Shown: positions 50,908 to 63,419 of the stretch, one piece after another | Layout of the letters: the number at the start of each line of letters is the position of its first letter | How positions within the stretch are numbered: the stretch's first letter is position 1 | Source of the DNA: Enoplolaimus lenunculus | Lineage: Eukaryota | NCBI GenBank assembly: GCA_030248215.1 | Contig: JASANG010003910.1 | Coordinates: forward strand, 310,001 to 374,000 | Length of the DNA: 64,000 nt | Direction: 5' to 3' | Position numbers and translations under genes: made by a program | The notes under the pieces: model-generated | The model's database searches: none | What the model saw: the letters and a program-made list of their open reading frames with translations, nothing else | What the model was told of the DNA's origin: nothing

Positions 50908-51062
50908 GGCCCATGCATAGGACAGGGCCGGAACAGTAGTATAAGCATATTTTTAAGCCTAAGCCTAAGCCTAAGCCAAAAGCAAAAAATTAGTCTAAAG
51001 CTTAAACTGACTCTATTATAGCCCTTCCGGAAAACGATCTGGCCCTGTTCTATTCATGGGCC
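50908..51062. mobile_element. TTAGGC-containing MITE, subfamily B
   Basis: GGCCCATGCATAGGACAGGGCC...GGCCCTGTTCTATTCATGGGCC; flanks GGTCTAAGT/GATCTAGGT (possible 9-bp TSD). Confidence 0.8.
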
Positions 51063-51470
51063 GATCTAGGTGGTGGGGGCATGGCATTGGTGCACCACTC
51101 TTATCTACCTATGGTAGGCTAAAGTAGTCGGCTGTGAACAAGCGAAGTAGCAGTTGTGAAAATAAAGCACATTCTATCGTGCTGAAATATAAAAATAATT
51201 AAAATAAAAATAAGGTGTTTTAGGTTCGAGATATTTTAAAACAACAAACTATATTTGTATGAGCGAGCTAAAATAGACATCTGACTGCGTTGCTGGAGTA
51301 ACAGTAAAATAGATAATGCAAGAATACAATGAAGCATTCAACTGATTGCAATGAACAAAAAAGCCTTTATTGTGACTTTACACTCCATGGAGTCTGAAGA
51401 CATTGTATGTGGCAAACCTTGTGCCGCTCGTCATTATCGCAGCCATGATTTCATGTCCGGTAGGATATAA

Positions 51471-51879
51471 CGGCGGAGGTACGGAATATGGACAGCGCTA
51501 GGAATTTAATAAAAAATAGTTCATTTTATTGATTTCGACCCGCTGAGTTCAACGGTGCCATGTTTTAGAGCTGCAGGATCGCCGATTCAATAGATATGGT
51601 TTTATAAATTTTAATTTTTTACCATACAAAACATGTACAAACAACAATCAAATTTGTGTAAGGAAAGCTTATATTTTACGAACATGTGAATGATGGATAT
51701 ATACTTGCTGTTCCAACCTGTGCGTGTTTGCACTAGATATAATTTCGAGCGCCATAACTTCTGAACCGTTGGTCATGCGGCCATAAAAATGGGACCGTTG
51801 AATACAGCTCCTCGAGATCTATAGGATGGACCACTTTTTATCAAAATTCTTGTGTGGTCCAGATTCCGTACCTTCGCCG
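51471..51879. mobile_element. MITE with ~55-bp TIRs, probably Tc1/mariner-type
   Basis: CGGCGGAGGTACGGAATATGGAC.../...GTCCAGATTCCGTACCTTCGCCG in a TA-rich target. Confidence 0.65.
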
Positions 51880-52957
51880 GATATAATATAATTGAAAGTA
51901 ATGTTTGCGAGCGTGTGCAGCAAACGAGGAAAGTTTTTGAAGCCTATCGAACCAAATGGATTTTTTTTCAAGCAAGTATGCATTTATTTCCGTATATTTC
52001 AGAGAAACAATTCCGCTGAATTCAATTTACCGTTGTATACATTTCGCTTTAATACATACGCATTCATACTGGAGAGAACACTATTAGCATGAGTGGTAGA
52101 TATTTTGGAAGAATTGTGACAACTGGGATCACCATAACTTTTACGTCATCTTAAGGTCCGCGAATGTTAGTTTTAGACTGTGATTATAGACTAAACGGAT
52201 CCCCCCAAGAGTCTACTGACTAGCTCCACGGCGATCGTAGCGCTCCGTAAACACATCAGTTGCCAGGCCCTGAGCTTAGGATGTAATTTAATACAAAAAT
52301 ACGACTTATCACCCGTTTAGCTCGCGAGGATTCACCAATTCAAGGAGCCGAGGTGAACAGCTCCTAAAATTAAAAGTGAATACAAAAATACGTCTGGCTT
52401 CTCGCTGGCTTCTTTCGCGATATTTCATTAATTTACGGACTTGACGTTTAGTTGGAGCTCAAATTGCGAAGTTTGTCATAGTACCGAATGTAAACAAGTC
52501 GTCCAGTTACGCAGCTTGCTCCACTTCTCGAGGTTATCTTTACTATTCGAAATCGCTGTTGTAAACTCTTGGCTTGTCAGACATCAGCCGTTAGCGTATT
52601 TTATTCTAGAATCACTCCAAACTAAGGTTTGTTGATGGAATTGATCGAGCAACTTCTCTCTCTCGCTTCGTTCGCCAGCATTTGTTCAAGTTCCGCTATA
52701 ACAGAGTGTTAATGATGGGTGGGTTGCATATCTTCCATTGGCCATTGAAAGCTTTGATCTCTGTAATAAAATATACGTCGTTTTAGCTCGTTAAATGAAT
52801 TTTTTGATAAAATGTCATAGCGCAAACACATATGGCATCATATGATAGTATGGTTGCCGTTACTGCGCCTCACCGCTCATTGAGCGCTTTGGGTTTAAAC
52901 CAGGAGTAATATCCTGCACTGCACTGACAACAAACGTAAATTTTGCATTAAAATTTA

Positions 52958-53164
52958 CACTGCAAAAAATGGTGAGTCAAATTGACTCTCTCCGAAATAG
53001 GCTCTACGGGACTACACAAACTGAGTCAAATTCGACTCCGCCAGAGTCAAATTCAACTCACTATCGCACGTTTGACTCTTGTGGAGTCGAATTTGACTCA
53101 GTTTGTGTAGTCCTGTAGAGCCTATTTCGGAGAGAGTCAATTTGACTCAGTATTTTTTACAGTG
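52958..53164. mobile_element. Palindromic CACTG MITE family A
   Basis: TA-CACTG...CAGTG-TA; first ~90 bp almost identical to the 42032 copy. Confidence 0.9.
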
Positions 53165-53742
53165 TAGCACTACAATTGCGTTTGGTTTTCAGCTCGTTTT
53201 GCTCGTGAGTTTTTTGTTTTGTGTATACAAATTTTTCAACCTACGCAAAGAAATGTATGGTCTCCCCACTGTAGCGTTCAGCAAATGTGTTTTAGATGTG
53301 AGGGGCGACAAAACATCGTTGCCCTGTCCCTAGCAAATTCTCACACACCACGCGACTGGACTCTAATGATTCGTTCAAAACTTATCAATTTTATGAAGCA
53401 TCACCTTTGAGTTGTGATTCTAGAGTGATCGTTAACTCAGAAGACGGTTAGGCCGGTAAACCACCCAAGGGAGTGAAACACTTGTACAAGTTCCGAAAAT
53501 GTTCGAGGCAGCTGTCACCATCCATGATCCCGTTGGCCACATTTGACATTTTGTAACCATAACCTCCAAATATTTCTCGAACTCGAGCAGATATTATTCA
53601 CCATCGTGGGCTAGAGATATCTGTGCTATAAGTTAACAAGGAACGTTTTATGAACTGTTAACTGGGCTTGAAGAGCGGGTTTTTAGGGTTAGTTCCTTGA
53701 AGGACAGGGACGAAATGGCCGTAAAATTTGGCACTGGAGTTT

Positions 53743-53993
53743 CACTGTAAATTTCAGTGAGTTTGTTTAAACTCAGAATGAGTTGAATCACTCAGTCTGA
53801 GTTAGGACTATCAGAACTCAGAATTTTGAGTTTATTCAAATCGTTCTGAGTCAATTAATCAACTCACCCAGAGTCAACTCAACCAGAGTGAGAATCAGCT
53901 CCACTCAGAGTGAGTTAATGTTTACTGATTTTAGTTAAAAAATAACTAACTCGCTAACTGAACTGATTAATCAACTCACTGGAATTTACGGTG
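53743..53993. mobile_element. CACTG MITE family B (opposite orientation)
   Basis: CACTGTAAATT...AATTTACGGTG; reverse-complement match to 41196-41450. Confidence 0.8.
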
Positions 53994-54310
53994 TATTATT
54001 CGATCAAAACACTGTGCCACTTCGAAACTTATTTACGTATGCCTTCAATACTTCACGGTGGCGAGATACGTTTTACCTTAAAACCTATATTATTTTCTTG
54101 GCTCTTGTACACTATCACATGCTCATGCTTTGGCTCCAGGCATAGGCATACGTTAGAAATTCGCTTACCTACGCCTGTGCATTTGACTAAGCTGTTGTCT
54201 AAGCCTAAGCCTTAACCTAAATTGTGGATCAAAAGTATACATAAGATTAATATTTTTGTTTCTCCAACGGCAAGTACACTACGCCGGAGGTTTTGTTTGT
54301 TGACAGTTCA

Positions 54311-54499
54311 GGCCAATGTAAAGAACTGGGGCGAACAGTATTACAAGCATATTCCTATACCTAAAAGCCTAAGCTTAAGAATGGGCATATTTCTAAGCCT
54401 AAACCTGCCCTAAGTCAAGCAAAGAAATTATTCTAAAAATAAGCTTACTCTATAGTAGTCTCACAGAAAAACGCTCCGCCCGTGATCTTTACATGGGCC
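54311..54499. mobile_element. TTAGGC-containing MITE (Merlin-like)
   Basis: TSD ACAGTTCA/ACGGTTCA; family TIRs. Confidence 0.85.
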
Positions 54500-56309
54500 A
54501 CGGTTCAATATAACCGGTCCCTTTATTACATGCCAACTGTGACCCTTATTTATTTAAGCAAATACCGAAATAATATATTTTCAGCAAGGGGAGATATGTA
54601 TTATACTGTGTGAAACCAATTATACTTTATATGAAACTGTTCTGGTTTATAACTTAGAACAGTTGGGGCTGTGACTCATTCAACAGAAAACGGTATGTCA
54701 GGTTGCTAGGAAGTTTAGAGGGATAGTATCACAATTAATAATTTGCAGCATTTTGCGTATAACTTTTAAGTATAAATTTATGTCATTCGACCTTTTGCGT
54801 AAATTCCGACAAAATCTAAAAAGTCAACACGGTTAACTTTGAAAAATTATCATTTGAAGTCAGTATTAATACACAGTTTGAACGTAAGTCCATTTACTTT
54901 CTATATCATTCCTTCCAATGGGATCTTTGACTTGAATTCCTGTTGACAAATTGTGAAGACGATTTTGAAAATTTTCAAAAATAAAGTTAAAGTTGAAGCA
55001 TTAATTTAAAATGTGAATTTTGAGTTTGGAATAGTGTCAAAAGATATAATTAGCCATATTAAAACAGGTTGTCAAGTTTCAAAAACAGCATCTTCACAAA
55101 ACGCTTTTACTCAAATGAAGACACTGTAAGATTGACTTGTGAAAAGTGTTCTGTACTTTTGACACGAGTCTTTACTTCTATTTTATGTTCCGCTTAAATT
55201 CAAGGAGTGACATCTTCCGAGTAGTCAAAGTCTGTGACACTGGTGTGCTAATAAGCTTCAAAAGAGCATGTTTGTGTAGTGCAAATGATTGCAATTACGA
55301 ATTAACAGTGGCAGCAATGCCGTGTTGAGCGTGTAAATCAATTTACTTCAATCCATGCTGCGGTCTCTCAACCATGCTGTGGTCTCTCAATTTTGATTTC
55401 GTCTTGATTATCCGTTGTGCTGCAAACATTATCTGCTGCAAAAGGTTCCAACAATGTAATGGGGCTTTCACGTGTTGTGGCAATGCACTGCATCTGCGCG
55501 TAGTGATTAAGGTCTACGCATTGTGTTACGGAGGCGTATCAAGTTTACCCAGCCAAACAAGAGGGATTGAGACCCTCAGCTGATCTTGCAAAGCCCCTGG
55601 TCTATTCAACCAGATTTTGGGTTTGTTGATCGATGGACAACAACATTTTTGACTGTCAATTGGTTCGAGTAGACCTCTGATTGGAGCGGTAATCAAGATT
55701 GAAACCTTGGCATTTCGGCTTTATCATTGCGCGAACCAACTTTTCATCGGGATTAACACAACATTCAACCTGGCTTCAATATTGAACCATTCATTGAAAT
55801 GGTCAAATTTCACCAGTGAAATAGCTACAGAATTCTAAACAACGGCCGCTATTTTATCAGGCCCCAAAGCAGATCACTTGACTAGGTTGAAATGGCGGCT
55901 CAACGCTGTTTAGGCGGAGCATGCCAGAGTTGTCACGAACAAGCAAGTTTGAAACATTTCTTGGGGGAAGGGCAAAAGTTTTTCAGAAACGAGCTGAGCC
56001 CCCCTCCTCTTATAACTAATAGCCCGTGCTTCATTGCCTACTTTTCATTTTGTAACCACTCATTGCTTGCGTGATGAGTTGCTAATAAACAATTTCGAAC
56101 CGGTTGAAATCGGTTTATTCGTGAAAATTTTCGATCGAGAGTCATTCGACGGTGATGAGGCTGTGTAGTCTGTTACACGTTATGAACGGAAGTCAATTAT
56201 ATTCAAACTTCAACGATGTATTAAAGAAAGCCATTTTTGTAATTGAACGGAAGTTCCATTTTAACCGAAACTCGATAACAACGCAAAAGTTAGAGTATTA
56301 TAAAAATAG

Positions 56310-56501
56310 GGCCAATGTTACTTTAAGGGACGGAACAGTAGATTAAGCGTATTCCTAAGCTTAAGCCTAAGCCTTAGCGTTGCAAAAATGTGTTCCTAAG
56401 CCTAAGCTTAAGCCTAAGCAAAAAAATGTAATTTAGAATCCAAACCTACTCTTTTGTAGACCCACCAGAAACGTGGACGCCCCTGGAAAGTAACATGGGC
56501 C
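56310..56501. mobile_element. TTAGGC-containing MITE, subfamily C
   Basis: Perfect 8-bp TSD AAAAATAG; family TIRs. Confidence 0.85.
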
Positions 56502-56994
56502 AAAAATAGAATATCTTCAGCAGAAAAACAAGTGTAACAAGTTTATGATAAAAGTGAATTAATGTTTAAATCTAATCTTTTTCGACATCAATCAGTCTTA
56601 ATTTTATTAAAATTGGCGAGTTGCCTTAATTTAGCATTATTACAACGTTAATGGTTCAAGGAATCTTTTAGCTGTTGAAATAAACTAAAAACTGTAAAAC
56701 ATTAAACAAGTAGGCTAATGCATAGGACAGCGGCGGAACAGTAAGCATATTCCTAAGACTAAGCGTAAGCCTAAGCCTAAGCAAAAAAATTAGTCTAAAG
56801 CTTTAGGTACGGTTATATAGTCGCTTCCGAAATTTTTGGACAAAAACGAGAATATGCATTTATAGGGTTAAAATTGTTCCACTGTCTCGTTGTACGCTGG
56901 CTTGCAAGTTTAATTACATAACGTTATACCGTCCTAAGACCTGTAACGATATTTAGGCTACACCCCTTAATTCTGGGTATAGCAGCGGTACTTA

Positions 56995-57184
56995 CACTGT
57001 AAAAAGTAAGCAAAAATCAACTTAAAACAGCCTTTTAATACTAACACAAAACTGAATTAAATTTGACTCCGCCAGTCAACAAAGAATCGAATTTGACTCT
57101 GGCGGAGCAAAATTTGACTCAGTTTGTGTAGTTAGAAAAAGCCTGTTTCCAAGAGAGTCAATTTGGCTCCCCATTTTTACAGTG
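56995..57184. mobile_element. Palindromic CACTG MITE family A (diverged)
   Basis: TA-CACTG...CAGTG-TA; right arm matches the family. Confidence 0.75.
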
Positions 57185-58602
57185 TAAATTAGCTTTACGG
57201 AACTTTGACAATCATTATGTTCCGTGATCTGCTAAATTAGTCATGAAACATTTCTGTTAGCTTTTAAATTAATATACCAGAATCATTTAATTCAAATTTA
57301 CGATATTTAGGCTCTCGCACCCTTTCTTCTACATTTAAGGTGAAAGCTTACGCTTGAAATTAAGCTCAGGATTAAATGTAAGCTTAGGAAAAAGTTTAGG
57401 CTTTAGGTTTAGGTAAACATTTTCCGAAATTCAAGCTTAAGCCTAGGCCTAAGTGTCCGCATGAACATTTGTTACAAGGAATTGTACGAGTCCTGCTCTG
57501 TATATTACTTTAGCACTGATTACGAATTCCTGATTAAAATTGAAATTTCAAAACATTAGTGCTATTCCGTGGCACCTTTAAGTACCCTCTAGTACCTGAG
57601 ATTAATTTGTTACACGTTACTAATCATTTTGCCGGCGTAAACACGAAGTAATAACATAACGCTAGACGCATGACACGCTATGGTATTATTATTATTCCCA
57701 TTACGTTCGAAAATTGTCAGAAATATACAGAAATTTTCAGATTGTAATAAACCACCTGTGTTTTTTGTAGCTATGTAATTTCAATGTTAATTAATACTGT
57801 ATCTATTTAGGATTATTTTATTAAATATTGTTGAGTTTCGTATTTTTTCTCGTTTACCTCTTTAGGCAGTGATGTGAAATTGTCAAATGTTATGGCAATT
57901 GATGTTCGCACGTTTACTCACAATTCCCTGAGTTTTGGGGTTAAAGAATGAGTAAAGGCTTAGGTAATGGTTTAAACACAGATTGGCGTTTTTGCAAGAT
58001 TAAAGCTTCAAACTAAGTGGGAAAGTGTAGAAAATTGTGCAAAAATCGATATTTGTTGATGAAGTTAAGAAAAAAGTTTGATCTTTTTAATAGATGGCAA
58101 AATGCAACACTTAACTTTGTCGAAATTTTAAAAAAATTGTAAACTTTATATATCTTTGCTTTAAATTAAACAAGTCAAAGGCGTTGCAATATTTGCAACC
58201 GAACCCAACATATTCCCCGCAAAAATGCTGGAACGCAACTTAGCTTCTTATAAAGAACAATACATAAATAAAATCTACGCGTACAAAACTTCTTGAAACT
58301 ATACATATTAATTAACAAAATTTTGTCATACATTTAGTTTACATACGTTTATAAAATTCAGCTGAAACGTTGCCCAAAATTTACACGTATGTGGGATGTT
58401 CCAGCTTTAATTATATAGGATTGCCTTGAAACCTGCGCCACAATATAGTAAAACAATGTTTCCCGTTTGTAACAAAAACACAAAAGAACAAAAGGTTCGC
58501 ATAAACAGCTTGAGGACTCGTGTTGTTAGATGGAGAAACAGCGTTTCCTCTAATCTGATTGGTACTTGAGGAAATTCACTAAAATAATTTTTATCAATGT
58601 AC

Positions 58603-58703
58603 CAGGGTGCAACCGGAATTCAGATTCCGTCGGAAAATTCGGTATTATTTTTACTTTCGGTTTGAGTTCCGTTTTCGGTATTTGTAAATTCGGTTGCACC
58701 CTG
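58603..58703. mobile_element. hAT-like MITE (CAGGGTGCAACC family)
   Basis: Perfect TIR CAGGGTGCAACCG/CGGTTGCACCCTG; TSD CAATGTAC/CTATGTAC. Confidence 0.85.
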
Positions 58704-58903
58704 CTATGTACCAATTTGAGCGCCTCGCTAAACTTCGGTTTTATATTCTTAAGGTAACGCCCTTTGAAATCCTTATTGAACCGCAATTCCGTTTCCAAAA
58801 TTTTTGTCGTAATGCGTCAAAGCTTGATGTTGGAACAAGCAAAATGAAATTGCAGACACTTAACCCTTTCTCACATGAATATTTTCTATTTCCCCTGAGA
58901 CCT

Positions 58904-58976
58904 ACTTTTATGCTAGGATTCGAACTCCAGTGACTGGAGTGGGAGGGGTATACCATCACCACTCAGCCATAAGAAC
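58904..58976 (-). pseudogene. tRNA-derived (SINE-head-like) sequence
   Basis: Minus strand reads TGGCTGAGTGG (A box)...GTTCGAATCC (B box) at tRNA spacing; cloverleaf poorly paired. Confidence 0.45.
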
Positions 58977-59280
58977 TTGACGCTCGAGCCAGAGGGGGCT
59001 CACGTCTTGTGGTGATTTAGTACTATGTATTTGTGTTGCAATTGTTAAACACGGTGCGATATATACTATTTAACGTATACACACTGCGCTGAGTTGCATG
59101 CAGGCAACTCAATGTGAGAAGGGGTTAAATGTAATTTTTGTTTACTATATTATTTCAACTGATAAAAACTCAACAAATAATGCACTATCGCGTGTTCTCG
59201 AGCTGATATTCGAAACCGCAGTCATACACTGCAACTGCTGTCGTTGAAGTGTCGAAAAATGTAAACAGTATAAATCGAGT

Positions 59281-62200
59281 ATGTCATCTTCCGGTTGGAC
59301 AACATCAATGCGTACCCGTTTCCGTAATCGAATACGTCGAATCGTACCAGCGTCTGCATCTCAAACTTCACTCCGGTCGCAGTCTGGCCATGACCCACAC
59401 TCCTCGACACGCAAGCAAAGCACCATTAAAAACCAAAAACGGAAAACCAAAAGCTCGAACACTTCAGCAACCGCTGGTGACAATGGATCGGCAGTCAGAG
59501 GCTGGCAGCCAGAAGAGGCTCAGTTCCAAAGCGACAACGATGATCTGGAAGATAATCTTGGCAAAAATATGGAACGGCCACGTTCTGTTCCTTCAGCAGT
59601 GGCGAGACAAGAAAAGAAACCTACAAGGCAGAGCCGAAAACGGAGCAAAGGACGATTGAAGGCTAACAAATTTGATCGGGGAAGCAAAGCGTCCGGCAGC
59701 ACAACAAAACGAAAACAAACACAAGACGTTGGAGAAGAACAGTATGATTCAGATGATCCCGATGTTACAAATAGAAAGATGAGACAAAACCATGCACCAA
59801 AAGCGGCGATTATTAATTTGGTTCGTGGAAAATTCGTGGGATGGAAAATTGGCCATGGGTCGAACATGACTGAAATTGACAATTTGGAATCAAACAGACG
59901 AAAGGCATCATCGATAAATGCTGATCGAGAAGCAAACGATCAAAGAAACAGCGCCGGGAACGAAACGGCTGACGTAAACGGAGAAATTGAAAGCAAGGAT
60001 ATTCAACAATCCAAGCGTAGCGATAAACGAAAAGTAACGCGATTCAGGTGAATTCAAAAGGCCAGCAGTTCAATTCATTGAGGACAGATGACTAAAATTG
60101 TGAGCAAAAATTGTAATGCAAATTTAGTATTTGCCTGCTAAGGCAAGCGTTTTAGAGTTGTCATGTTAAGCTCATTATCGGATTAATTGTTGAAATACAG
60201 CGTGATTGGTTTCTCCTAAAGGCTTGTAGTGTTGCAGCGATTGTTGCAAACGACAAGTCAGTTGGATTAGCGATGTAGCAGTTATCTTTGTTCATCGCAA
60301 CATTTTTAAAGCTGCAAGTAACAAATTTTCGCAGTTACAACTACTTGAATCGCACGAGGCCGCCTGATTTCTTAACCGCAACGAATTTTTCAGTGGCGTA
60401 GGCAGGTCGTAGCTCTGAGACGGCGAGGAGAATTACTCCATATACACTTATATTCTTGACCTTTTGGAATGAAATTTTTTTAGACAACATCCCTAAAAAT
60501 GTTCTTGTTTATTCCGCTAAAACAATTCTTGATTGACTGGCCGCGGTGCATCTTTGATTACAGGAACGCCAAACAACTTGGACTTAAATTGTTCGCTTGT
60601 TGCTGCCTTGGCAGCAATCCAGTCAAAGAGTCAGACTACACAACGCCGGCACCTCGTTTGCAACAAACGTGTCTGTGTTGTCAGATTGAAACAGCAGTTG
60701 TATGCGTTTGCACAGAACAATTTCTGGCAGCGGCGCTTTTGATCGCACACGCAGCACTTGGTCTGACAACTGAATTTCGTGACAGTTTTGTTTCGAACGT
60801 CGATTTTAGGTTATAAAAATATTTTTATATGCTTAGATAATTTCACCAGTTTCTAAATTTTAAAGTAAATAAATTAATTTATTCAAACACTATTTAAAAT
60901 ATCAATCTTGTTCTAATTTCCAAACTGCCAGCGAGATTGGTCATATGAAACAGGAACTAAAATCTAAATTTTGTAGCAAGATAGTACTAAAATTGCGTTT
61001 GCCTTTTTGTGAGTTTCTCTGGCAACCTAATTACACATTGCTTACTATGTACTGCAGTGACCAGATTGAAAGGGGCTAATAAGAGGGGTCTTCCCATTTT
61101 GCGTCCCAATCAATGGATTGTGTACTTCTAATTAGAGTCCGTTAGTGGATAGAGTCTATAGGCTAAAGCGGAATAATGGACTAGACTGCAACAGACACTT
61201 AGACAACCCGCGTAAACTTTATTGCATTGCGAGAAAAGATTAACGGTCATAACAATCAACAAAAATGCTTCGAAGCAAGTTAGTTTTGCCCGAAAGAAAA
61301 AATATACAAAAGAACAGCGTTGGACAGTACTACCATGAATGGGGAGCAGTCAAAATAAATAACAGTCCTTAACCGAATATCAGGGGCATACCTTCTAGAG
61401 ATAGAAAATAACTGTAAGTTCTCGCCTCTTATTCTTGCCACTAAAGTAGACAGTTATAGCGGTTTATTCGTTTAACTCCGCTGTGATTTAAAATGGGTTG
61501 TAGGCTGCTACAAACGTTGTTTGATTAAGCTGCTTAAAATTTAAAATCTGAAATTGATTTGTTTCAGATTGCTACCGCCTGGACAACAGTTTCAACTATT
61601 AGCGTTTTATACAAACAAATATTCCAAAAATACAACATTGGCCGATGCGATTCAAAAAGCAGTTGAAGAACGTCAATCGTTGACGAAGTCCATGCCGCTT
61701 CCGGGAGCAATGTTTGCTGTATACAAATTTGGTTTGACCAATATTATCGCAGTGAATGCAGTCTGGCTGTTGTGCATTGCACTGTGTTCGTTGACGTTGA
61801 AATACCGCAACGCATATTTAGTACTGCCGAATGTCATATTTACCGGTTTCGCTTTGTTTTGCGGATTACTTTGGATAAGTATGTTGACCCATGTATAGAA
61901 CAGGGCCGGAACAGTAGTATAAGCATACTCCTCAACCTAAGCCTAAGCGTAAGCTTAAGCCAAAGCCTAAGCGTATGGATGAGCCTATTCCTAAGCCTAA
62001 GCCTAAGCCTAAGCTTAAGCCAACGCCTAAGCGTATGGATGAGCCTATTCCTAAGCCTAAGCCTAAGACTAAGCCTAAGCCTAAGCCTAAGCAAAAAAAT
62101 TAGTCTAAAGCTTTAAGCTGACTCTATTATAGCCCCTCCGGAAAACGACGCGGTCCTGTTCTATACATGGGCCAGTATGTTGATAGATAATAGTCTCGGT

Positions 62201-63419
62201 CTCGGTCTCGGCAAGTGTCGGTATTTGACATTGGCAGGTCTCGGTTTTCTTGAGTCTCGGTGGTTTGGAACCGACACAAGAACTCGAGGATTTAGCAAAT
62301 GCTGGTAGACCTGTAAAAAACAAAAGTTAATATTGTTGAAGCAAGTAAAGGCTGATGAAAAAATTTCGCTATGAATCTATGATGAATTTTCATAGTTACG
62401 CAATAATTATTAGCAGATGTTCTGACAACAAACGAAAAAGGGTCAATGTTAGTTTTAGGGCCGTAACAGTAGATTAAGCGTATTCCTAAGCCTAAGCTTA
62501 AGCGTTGCAAAAGCGTATTCCTAAGCCTAAGCCTAAGCAAAAAAATGTAGCCTAGAATGTAAGTCTACTCTTTTACAGACAGACCAACCAGAAAACGGGA
62601 CGGCTCTAAAAGTGACACGGGCCCAAGCTTAGGTTTAGTTATAGGCAAATTTTTAAGCTGGTCGCTAATGTTTAGGCTTAGCTTTGGGGAAACAGCTTCA
62701 TTTGATCATGTAAGCAAACAAGTCTTTAATTAGAGAAAGCTTGAAAAAATTATGCAATTCAAGTGCTGATGATCAAGGTGCCACCAGATATCCGGTTACG
62801 GTGTAATATAACGCCACAATCTGATATCCGTATCCGGTTCCGGTATCCAGCAAAATAATATCCGGTGGCACCGTGCTCATGATGCATTTGCAACATTCAG
62901 TGTGTATATATACCTAGACCGTCCAAATTGCCAAACTTTTGGAAATTTTTTGGTCTCGTAAATCAATATTTTCTTGGACTTCAATAAAAATCGGTATGAA
63001 ATTTTGCAAAAAATATCAAATTTAGAAACGCAATGTTCAGGAGTGATCATGAGTTGCCCAAATATGCTCAAAACTTTTGATAATTGTGATTCCGAAGATT
63101 TTTGATTTAACAAAAAATTGACGCTAAAATATTTTTTGTTATTTTAGTTTCGCTCTCGTTCGGCGTCGCAGAGTTATTTGCTGACGAGTCAAACAAAGTG
63201 AATTACACTAACGACTTGTACACATACCTAGCGAACCGTGAATTGGTGTGGATTTCGGTGACACTTGCAATAATTTGCTGCGTTTGGATTGCATACTTCA
63301 TATTTTGCGCGATCCTTATCATGTATTACCGGTATGCTATTTTTAAGGGCAGGTCTGAAAGAAATTCGCTCAAAACGACTCAAATATTGTGTCTTGGTAC
63401 AAAATTTCCAAATTGTTAA
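59281..63419 (+). CDS. Four-TM membrane protein, LAPTM4/Mtp-like, with long basic disordered N-terminus; 3' end uncertain
   Basis: Phase-consistent exons 59281-60047, 60564-60809 (TCLCCQIETAVVCV + TM1), 61568-61878 (TM2-KYRNAYLVLP-TM3), 63148 to 63331/63352 (possible donors) or the TAA at 63419 (TM4). The CxCC before TM1 and the 'K/R..a.lilP' TM2-TM3 loop resemble LAPTM4-like tetraspanners; family call is by eye. Confidence 0.65.
61886..62173. mobile_element. TTAGGC-containing MITE, subfamily B, with internal ~60-bp duplication
   Basis: GACCCATGTATAGAACAGG...CCTGTTCTATACATGGGCC; perfect TSD AGTATGTT. Confidence 0.85.
62441..62623. mobile_element. TTAGGC-containing MITE, subfamily C
   Basis: GGTCAATGTTAGTTTTAGGG...GTGACACGGGCC; no clear TSD. 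Confidence 0.7.
62774..62875. mobile_element. hAT-like MITE
   Basis: CAAGGTGCCACCAGATAT...ATATCCGGTGGCACCGTG; TSD CTGATGAT/CTCATGAT. Confidence 0.75.

Noticed and set aside
55400..55860. Possible decayed hAT transposase (MHCICA-like motif)
   Set aside because: Single short motif, many stops; cannot be supported without a search.
61772..62540. LRLRL/LSLSL/KPKP ORFs here and at 2816, 3128, 43148, 50818
   Set aside because: Translations of TTAGGC arrays or minisatellites.
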